UHGV virus genome: UHGV-0153759
DNA from: a virus
Length of the DNA stretch: 13,808 nt
Strand: one strand, 5' to 3'
The notes beneath the pieces were generated by a model, which saw only the letters and a program-made list of their open reading frames with translations, was not told the DNA's origin and ran no database searches. The translations under genes and the position numbers were made by a program. Positions 7,456 through 13,808 of the stretch are shown piece by piece; the first letter of the stretch is position 1, and every line of letters begins with the position of its first letter.

Positions 7456-8646
7456 ATGAGTGACTATCATCACGGCGTGCAGGTGCTGGAGATTAACGAC
7501 GGCACCCGCGTCATTTCCACCGTATCCACTGCCATTGTCGGCATGGTCTGCACGGCCAGCGATGCGGATGCGGAAACCTTCCCCCTCAATAAACCTGTGC
7601 TGATTACCAATGTGCAGAGCGCAATTGCAAAGGCCGGTAAAAAAGGCACGCTGGCAGCATCGTTGCAGGCCATCGCTGACCAGTCAAAACCGGTCACCGT
7701 TGTCGTGCGTGTGGAAGACGGCACCGGCGACGACGAAGAAACGAAACTCGCGCAGACCGTTTCCAATATCATCGGCACCACCGACGAAAACGGTCAGTAC
7801 ACCGGACTGAAAGCCCTGCTGGCGGCGGAGTCGGTAACCGGTGTTAAACCGCGTATTCTTGGTGTGCCGGGACTGGACACCAAAGAGGTGGCTGTTGCAC
7901 TGGCATCAGTCTGTCAGAAGCTGCGCGCTTTCGGGTATATCAGCGCATGGGGCTGTAAAACCATTTCCGAGGTGAAAGCCTACCGCCAGAATTTCAGCCA
8001 GCGTGAGCTGATGGTCATCTGGCCGGATTTCCTCGCATGGGATACGGTCACCAGTACCACCGCCACCGCGTATGCCACCGCCCGTGCGCTGGGTCTGCGC
8101 GCTAAAATCGACCAGGAGCAGGGCTGGCATAAAACGCTGTCCAATGTCGGGGTGAACGGTGTTACCGGCATCAGCGCATCCGTCTTCTGGGATTTGCAGG
8201 AGTCCGGCACCGATGCTGACCTGCTTAACGAGTCAGGCGTCACTACGCTGATTCGCCGCGACGGTTTCCGCTTCTGGGGTAACCGTACCTGCTCCGATGA
8301 CCCGCTGTTCCTCTTTGAAAACTACACCCGCACCGCGCAGGTGCTGGCCGACACGATGGCTGAGGCGCACATGTGGGCGGTGGACAAGCCCATCACCGCA
8401 ACGCTGATTCGCGACATCGTTGACGGCATCAATGCCAAATTCCGTGAGCTGAAAACAAACGGCTATATCGTGGATGCGACCTGCTGGTTCAGCGAAGAAT
8501 CCAACGATGCGGAAACCCTCAAGGCCGGAAAACTGTATATCGACTACGACTATACCCCGGTGCCTCCTCTTGAAAACCTGACCCTGCGCCAGCGTATTAC
8601 CGATAAATACCTGGCAAATCTGGTCACCTCGGTTAACAGCAATTAA
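7456..8646 (+). CDS. FI: contractile tail sheath protein FI
   Basis: 396 aa, P2 gpFI size, first gene of the FI-FII-E-T-U-D block; GGAG about 8 nt upstream of the ATG. Confidence 0.9.
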   Translation: MSDYHHGVQVLEINDGTRVISTVSTAIVGMVCTASDADAETFPLNKPVLITNVQSAIAKAGKKGTLAASLQAIADQSKPVTVVVRVEDGTGDDEETKLAQTVSNIIGTTDENGQYTGLKALLAAESVTGVKPRILGVPGLDTKEVAVALASVCQKLRAFGYISAWGCKTISEVKAYRQNFSQRELMVIWPDFLAWDTVTSTTATAYATARALGLRAKIDQEQGWHKTLSNVGVNGVTGISASVFWDLQESGTDADLLNESGVTTLIRRDGFRFWGNRTCSDDPLFLFENYTRTAQVLADTMAEAHMWAVDKPITATLIRDIVDGINAKFRELKTNGYIVDATCWFSEESNDAETLKAGKLYIDYDYTPVPPLENLTLRQRITDKYLANLVTSVNSN

Positions 8647-8658
8647 GGAGCCTGACCG

Positions 8659-9177
8659 ATGGCAATGCCGCGCAAACTCAAGTTAATGAACGTCTTTCTG
8701 AACGGCTACAGCTATCAGGGCGTTGCAAAGTCCGTCACGCTGCCAAAACTGACCCGTAAGCTAGAAAACTATCGCGGTGCGGGGATGAACGGCAGCGCAC
8801 CGGTAGACCTCGGCCTTGATGACGATGCGCTGTCAATGGAGTGGTCGCTCGGGGGCTTCCCGGATTCGGTTATCTGGGAGCTTTACGCCGCAACCGGTGT
8901 GGATGCCGTGCCGATTCGTTTTGCTGGTTCTTACCAGCGCGACGATACCGGCGAAACGGTGGCCGTTGAAGTGGTCATGCGTGGACGTCAGAAAGAAATC
9001 GACACCGGCGAGGGTAAACAGGGAGAAGACACTGAGTCGAAAATCTCCGTGGTCTGCACCTATTTCCGGCTGACGATAGACGGTAAGGAGCTGGTCGAAA
9101 TCGACACCATCAACATGATTGAGAAGGTGAACGGCGTCGACCGGCTGGAGCAACACCGCCGCAATATCGGCCTGTGA
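8659..9177 (+). CDS. FII: tail tube protein FII
   Basis: 172 aa, P2 gpFII size, directly after the sheath gene; AGGAG RBS at ~8644-8648. Confidence 0.9.
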   Translation: MAMPRKLKLMNVFLNGYSYQGVAKSVTLPKLTRKLENYRGAGMNGSAPVDLGLDDDALSMEWSLGGFPDSVIWELYAATGVDAVPIRFAGSYQRDDTGETVAVEVVMRGRQKEIDTGEGKQGEDTESKISVVCTYFRLTIDGKELVEIDTINMIEKVNGVDRLEQHRRNIGL

Positions 9178-9184
9178 TTTTCAT

Positions 9185-9205
9185 CCGGTCAGCCTGGCTG
9201 ACCGG
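9185..9205 (+). other. stem-loop in the FII-E intergenic region
   Basis: CCGGTCAG (9185-9192) pairs with CTGACCGG (9198-9205), an 8-bp perfect stem with a 5-nt loop and no following U-run; it sits between the FII stop and the E RBS. Confidence 0.3.
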
Positions 9206-9233
9206 TTAACCCCGATTCAGAAGTGAGAAAACC

Positions 9234-9509
9234 ATGAACAAAGAAAACGTCATTACCCTGGACAATCCGGTCAAACGTGGTGAGCAGGTTATCGAACAGG
9301 TCACGCTGATGAAACCCAATGCCGGGACGCTGCGCGGTGTCAGTCTGGCTGCAGTCGCGAACTCCGAAGTCGATGCACTGATTAAAGTGCTGCCGCGCAT
9401 GACGGCACCGATGCTGACCGAGCAGGAAGTCGCCGCGCTGGAACTGCCTGACCTTGTGGCGCTGGCCGGTAAGGTGGTCGGTTTTTTGTCGCCGAACTCG
9501 GTGCAGTGA
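9234..9509 (+). CDS. E: tail assembly chaperone E (zero-frame product)
   Basis: 91 aa between tube and tape-measure genes; ends just after a TTTTTTG slippery heptamer. Confidence 0.8.
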   Translation: MNKENVITLDNPVKRGEQVIEQVTLMKPNAGTLRGVSLAAVANSEVDALIKVLPRMTAPMLTEQEVAALELPDLVALAGKVVGFLSPNSVQ

Positions 9510-9661
9510 CGTTTCCGAAAAATCTCTCGGTCGATGACCTGATGGCGGATGTGGCAGTGATATTTCACTGGCCGCCATCAGAACTGTATCCCATGAGCCT
9601 GACCGAACTCATCACATGGCGCGAAAAGGCGCTCCGGCGAAGCGGAAACACGAATGAGTAA
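9234..9661 (+). CDS. tail assembly chaperone E' (E+E' fusion via programmed -1 frameshift at 9482-9488)
   Basis: After a -1 slip on T6G, the -1 frame stays open from 9488 to a TAA at 9659-9661, overlapping the T start at 9654; this gives ~142 aa, the P2 E' arrangement. Confidence 0.65.
9482..9488 (+). promoter_or_regulatory. T6G slippery heptamer for the E/E' programmed -1 frameshift
   Basis: TTTTTTG read as GGT-TTT-TTG in the E frame, 7 codons before the E stop; the -1 frame is open to 9661. Confidence 0.65.
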
Positions 9662-12101
9662 CAATGTAAAATTACAGGTATTGCTCAGGGCTGTTGACCA
9701 GGCATCCCGCCCGTTTAAATCCATCCGCACAGCGAGCAAATCGCTGTCGGGGGATATCCGGGAAACACAAAAATCACTGCGCGAGCTGAACGGTCAGGCA
9801 TCCCGTATTGAGGGATTTCGCAAGACCAGTGCACAGCTCGCCGTGACTGGTCATGCACTTGAAAAGGCACGGCAGGAGGCCGAAGCCCTTGCCACACAGT
9901 TTAAAAACACCGAACGTCCGACACGTGCTCAGGCGAAAGTGCTGGAATCCGCAAAGCGTGCGGCGGAGGACTTACAGGCGAAATATAACCGCCTGACGGA
10001 TTCCGTTAAACGCCAGCAGCGGGAACTGGCCGCTGTGGGAATTAATACCCGCAATCTTGCACATGATGAGCAGGGACTGAAAAACCGTATCAGTGAAACC
10101 ACCGCACAGCTTAACCGTCAGCGTGACGCGCTGGCTCGTGTCAGTGCGCAACAGGCAAAACTTAACGCAGTAAAACAGCGTTATCAGGCAGGCAAGGAAC
10201 TGGCCGGAAATATGGCCTCAGTGGGCGCTGCCGGTGTGGGGATTGCGGCGGCGGGAACGATGGCCGGAGTTAAGTTGCTGATGCCCGGTTATGAGTTTGC
10301 GCAGAAAAACTCAGAATTGCAGGCCGTGCTCGGAGTGGCAAAAGACTCCGCCGAAATGACCGCACTACGCAAACAGGCGCGCCAGCTCGGCGACAATACC
10401 GCCGCCTCGGCGGATGATGCGGCCGGTGCACAGATAATCATCGCGAAAGCGGGTGGGGATGTTGATGCCATTCAGGCGGCAACGCCGGTCACGCTGAATA
10501 TGGCGCTGGCGAACCGCCGCACGATGGAAGAAAACGCCGCCCTGCTGATGGGGATGAAATCCGCCTTTCAGCTTTCAAACGATAAGGTCGCTCATATCGG
10601 GGATGTTCTCTCCATGACGATGAACAAAACCGCCGCCGATTTTGACGGTATGAGCGATGCGCTGACCTATGCCGCACCTGTGGCAAAAAATGCCGGTGTC
10701 AGCATTGAAGAAACCGCCGCAATGGTCGGGGCGCTGCATGATGCAAAAATTACCGGTTCAATGGCGGGGACGGGAAGCCGTGCCGTGTTAAGCCGTCTGC
10801 AGGCACCGACGGGAAAAGCATGGGATGCACTGAAAGAGCTTGGCGTAAAAACCTCAGACAGTAAGGGGAATACCCGACCAGTATTTACCATTCTGAAAGA
10901 AATGCAGGCCAGTTTTGAGAAAAACCGGCTCGGTACTGCCCAGCAGGCTGAATACATGAAAACCATTTTCGGGGAGGAGGCCAGCTCAGCCGCCGCCGTG
11001 CTGATGACTGCCGCCTCAACCGGAAAGCTGGACAAACTGACCGCTGCGTTTAAAGCCTCAGACGGGAAGACCGCCGAGCTGCTAAATATCATGCAGGACA
11101 ACCTCGGCGGTGACTTTAAAGAGTTTCAGTCCGCTTATGAGGCGGTGGGGACTGACCTGTTTGACCAGCAGGAAGGCGCACTGCGTAAGCTCACGCAGAC
11201 GGCCACAAAGTATGTGTTAAAACTCGACGGCTGGATCCAGAAAAACAAATCACTGGCGTCAACCATCGGCATCATTGTCGGTGGTGCACTGGCACTGATT
11301 GGTGTCATCGGTGCCATTGGCCTCGTAGCCTGGCCGGTTATCACCGGCATCAATGCCATCATCGCGGCAGCAGGCGCAATGGGGGCAATCTTCACGACGG
11401 TTGGCAGTGCTGTTATGACCGCCATCGGAGCGATTAGCTGGCCGGTTATGGCCGTGGTGGCCGCCATTGTCGCCGGGGCGTTGCTTATCCGTAAATACTG
11501 GGAGCCTGTCAGCGCATTCTTTGGCGGTGTGGTGGAAGGGCTGAAAGCGGCATTTGCGCCGGTGGGGGAACTGTTCACGCCACTTAAGCCGGTGTTTGAC
11601 TGGTTGGGCGAAAAGTTACAGGCCGCGTGGCAGTGGTTTAAAAACCTGATCGCCCCGGTTAAAGCCACCCAGGACACCCTGAACCGTTGCCGTGACACGG
11701 GCGTCATGTTCGGGCAGGCACTGGCTGACGCGTTGATGCTGCCGCTTAATGCGTTCAACAAACTGCGCAGTGGTATTGACTGGGTACTGGAAAAACTCGG
11801 TGTTATCAACAAAGAGTCAGACACACTTGACCAGACCGCCGCCAGAACTCATGCCGCCACGTATGGCACCGGTGGTTATATTCCGGCGACCAGCTCTTAT
11901 GCAGGCTATCAGGCTTATCAGCCGGTCACGGCACCGGCTGGCCGCTCTTATGTAGACCAGAGTAAAAACGAATATCACATCAGCCTGACGGGTGGTACTG
12001 CGCCGGGGACACAGCTCGACCGCCAGTTACAGGATGCGCTCGAAAAATACGAGCGGGATAAACGTGCGCGCGCCCGTGCCAGCATGATGCATGACGGTTA
12101 A
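9654..12101 (+). CDS. T: tail tape measure protein T
   Basis: 815 aa; coiled-coil-like Q/A/R-rich N-terminal third, long Gly/Ala/Ile-rich hydrophobic segment in the middle, position after E/E'. Confidence 0.9.
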   Translation: MSNNVKLQVLLRAVDQASRPFKSIRTASKSLSGDIRETQKSLRELNGQASRIEGFRKTSAQLAVTGHALEKARQEAEALATQFKNTERPTRAQAKVLESAKRAAEDLQAKYNRLTDSVKRQQRELAAVGINTRNLAHDEQGLKNRISETTAQLNRQRDALARVSAQQAKLNAVKQRYQAGKELAGNMASVGAAGVGIAAAGTMAGVKLLMPGYEFAQKNSELQAVLGVAKDSAEMTALRKQARQLGDNTAASADDAAGAQIIIAKAGGDVDAIQAATPVTLNMALANRRTMEENAALLMGMKSAFQLSNDKVAHIGDVLSMTMNKTAADFDGMSDALTYAAPVAKNAGVSIEETAAMVGALHDAKITGSMAGTGSRAVLSRLQAPTGKAWDALKELGVKTSDSKGNTRPVFTILKEMQASFEKNRLGTAQQAEYMKTIFGEEASSAAAVLMTAASTGKLDKLTAAFKASDGKTAELLNIMQDNLGGDFKEFQSAYEAVGTDLFDQQEGALRKLTQTATKYVLKLDGWIQKNKSLASTIGIIVGGALALIGVIGAIGLVAWPVITGINAIIAAAGAMGAIFTTVGSAVMTAIGAISWPVMAVVAAIVAGALLIRKYWEPVSAFFGGVVEGLKAAFAPVGELFTPLKPVFDWLGEKLQAAWQWFKNLIAPVKATQDTLNRCRDTGVMFGQALADALMLPLNAFNKLRSGIDWVLEKLGVINKESDTLDQTAARTHAATYGTGGYIPATSSYAGYQAYQPVTAPAGRSYVDQSKNEYHISLTGGTAPGTQLDRQLQDALEKYERDKRARARASMMHDG

Positions 12102-12115
12102 GGAGGTGACGAAAA

Positions 12116-12595
12116 ATGATGCTCGCGTTAGGTATGTTTGTTTTTATGCGCCAGACGCTGCCACACCAGACCATGCAGCGTGAATCAGATTATCGCTGGC
12201 CGTCAAATTCCCGTATCGGTAAACGGGATGCCTTTCAGTTTCTCGGTGTGGGTGAGGAAAACATTACGCTTGCCGGCGTGCTTTATCCCGAACTGACCGG
12301 CGGCAAGCTGACGATGACCACGCTCAGGCTGATGGCAGAGGAAGGCCGGGCGTGGCCGTTGCTGGATGGCACTGGCATGATTTATGGCATGTATGTCATC
12401 AGCAGGGTGAGTGAAACAGGGAGTATTTTCTTTGCAGACGGCACACCCCGGAAAATTGATTTTACGCTGTCACTCACCCGCGTTGATGAATCACTGGCCG
12501 CGCTTTATGGCGATATCGGTAAACAGGCGGAGTCGCTTATTGGTAAGGCTGGCAGTATGGCGACCAGATTCACAGGTATGACGGGGGCGGGATAA
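12116..12595 (+). CDS. U: tail protein U
   Basis: 159 aa, P2 gpU size and position; AAGGAGGTGA RBS at ~12101-12110; stop overlaps the D start (TAATG). Confidence 0.85.
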   Translation: MMLALGMFVFMRQTLPHQTMQRESDYRWPSNSRIGKRDAFQFLGVGEENITLAGVLYPELTGGKLTMTTLRLMAEEGRAWPLLDGTGMIYGMYVISRVSETGSIFFADGTPRKIDFTLSLTRVDESLAALYGDIGKQAESLIGKAGSMATRFTGMTGAG

Positions 12596-13758
12596 TGCTG
12601 GACGCGCTGACATTTGATGCAGGCAGTACGCTGACGCCGGATTACATGCTGATGCTCGACAGCAGGGATATTACCGGCAATATCAGCGACCGTCTGATGA
12701 GCATGACCCTGACGGATAACCGGGGCTTTGAGGCTGACCAGCTTGATATTGAACTGAACGATGCCGACGGGCAGGTCGGGCTGCCGGTTCGTGGCGCTGT
12801 CCTGACGGTGTATATCGGCTGGAAAGGTTTTGCCCTGGTATGCAAAGGGAAATTTACCGTTGATGAGGTTGAACACCGGGGCGCGCCGGATGTGGTCACC
12901 ATCCGCGCCCGGAGTGCAGATTTTCGCGGGACGCTCAATTCCCGCCGTGAAGGCTCCTGGCATGACACCACGCTCGGTGCGATTGTTGAGGCGATAGCCT
13001 CCCGTAACAGGCTGGAAGCCAGTGTCGCGCCGTCACTGGCCGGAATTAAAATCCCGCACATCGACCAGTCGCAGGAGTCTGATGCAAAATTCCTGACCCG
13101 CCTTGCTGAACGCAACGGCGGTGAGGTGTCGGTAAAAATGGGAAAACTGTTGTTTCTCAAAGCGGGGCAGGGGGTGACGGCCAGCGGTAAAAAAATCCCG
13201 CAGATCACCATCACCCGCAGCGACGGTGACCGTCATCATTTTGCGATTGCTGACCGTGGAGCCTATACCGGCGTAACGGCAAAGTGGCTTCACACCAAAG
13301 ACCCGAAGCCGCAAAAGCAGAAGGTAAAACTGAAACGCAAAAAGAAAGAGAAACACCTGCGCGCACTGGAGCACCCGAAAGCGAAACCAGTCACGCAGAA
13401 GAAAGCGCCAAAAGTACCGGAAGCGCGCGAAGGTGAATACATGGCCGGTGAGGCTGACAACGTTTTTGCCCTGACCACGGTATATGCCACGAAAGCGCAG
13501 GCCATGCGCGCCGCTCAGGCGAAGTGGGATAAGCTGCAACGGGGCGTGGCGGAGTTCTCCATCAGCCTGGCTACCGGTCGGGCAGATATTTACACGGAAA
13601 CACCGGTCAAAGTGTCAGGCTTTAAGCGCGTCATAGACGAGCAGGACTGGACAATCACTAAGGTGGCACATTTTCTGAATAATAGCGGCTTCACGACGTC
13701 CTTAGAGCTTGAGGTCAGGCTTTCTGATGTGGAGTATGAAACAGAAGATGATGAGTGA
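12595..13758 (+). CDS. D: tail protein D
   Basis: 387 aa, P2 gpD size, last gene of the tail operon; contains an internal Lys-rich low-complexity stretch. Confidence 0.85.
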   Translation: MLDALTFDAGSTLTPDYMLMLDSRDITGNISDRLMSMTLTDNRGFEADQLDIELNDADGQVGLPVRGAVLTVYIGWKGFALVCKGKFTVDEVEHRGAPDVVTIRARSADFRGTLNSRREGSWHDTTLGAIVEAIASRNRLEASVAPSLAGIKIPHIDQSQESDAKFLTRLAERNGGEVSVKMGKLLFLKAGQGVTASGKKIPQITITRSDGDRHHFAIADRGAYTGVTAKWLHTKDPKPQKQKVKLKRKKKEKHLRALEHPKAKPVTQKKAPKVPEAREGEYMAGEADNVFALTTVYATKAQAMRAAQAKWDKLQRGVAEFSISLATGRADIYTETPVKVSGFKRVIDEQDWTITKVAHFLNNSGFTTSLELEVRLSDVEYETEDDE

Positions 13759-13808
13759 TGTGTTTTGTTTATCTGTTTGTTTTATAAGGATAAATTGACT
13801 AAAATGGC

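Noticed and set aside
11135-11824. 229-aa ORF antisense to the tape-measure gene
   Set aside because: Lies entirely inside the T coding region on the opposite strand; Ala/Ser/Pro-rich translation typical of antisense reading of GC-rich coding DNA; no RBS or start context.
12505-13539. Minus-strand ORFs opposite U and D (12505-12963, 12642-13214, 13033-13539)
   Set aside because: Fully embedded antisense to D/U, with biased composition and no independent signals.
13759-13808. T-rich region after D as an intrinsic terminator
   Set aside because: There is a T-rich tract (TGTGTTTTGTTTATCTGTTTGTTTT), but I could not identify a convincing preceding GC-rich hairpin; the window also ends too soon to judge.

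Overview
This window reads as a near-complete late-gene block of a P2-like (Peduovirus-type) temperate phage or prophage of an enterobacterial host, all on the + strand in canonical P2 order: lysA (possibly 5'-truncated by the window edge), overlapping spanin genes lysB/lysC, tail completion R and S, baseplate V-W-J-I, tail fibre H, a tail-fibre assembly gene, then sheath FI, tube FII, chaperone E (with a -1 frameshift product E'), tape measure T, U and D. Assignments rest on gene order, sizes, overlaps and recognisable motifs in the supplied translations; no database search was run. The one non-canonical element sits between the fibre genes and FI: a Mu G-segment / Hin-type invertible tail-fibre cassette. 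It is bounded by a perfect 14-bp inverted repeat (5221-5234 vs 7133-7146) inside 26-bp hix/gix-like sites, and carries an alternative fibre C-terminus plus a second assembly gene on the - strand. The adjacent invertase gene is only a 60-codon remnant that appears to be an in-frame internal deletion, so the host-range switch is probably locked or dependent on an invertase supplied in trans. I found no defence-system, toxin or other cargo; apart from this cassette the region is an ordinary P2-type tail/lysis module.
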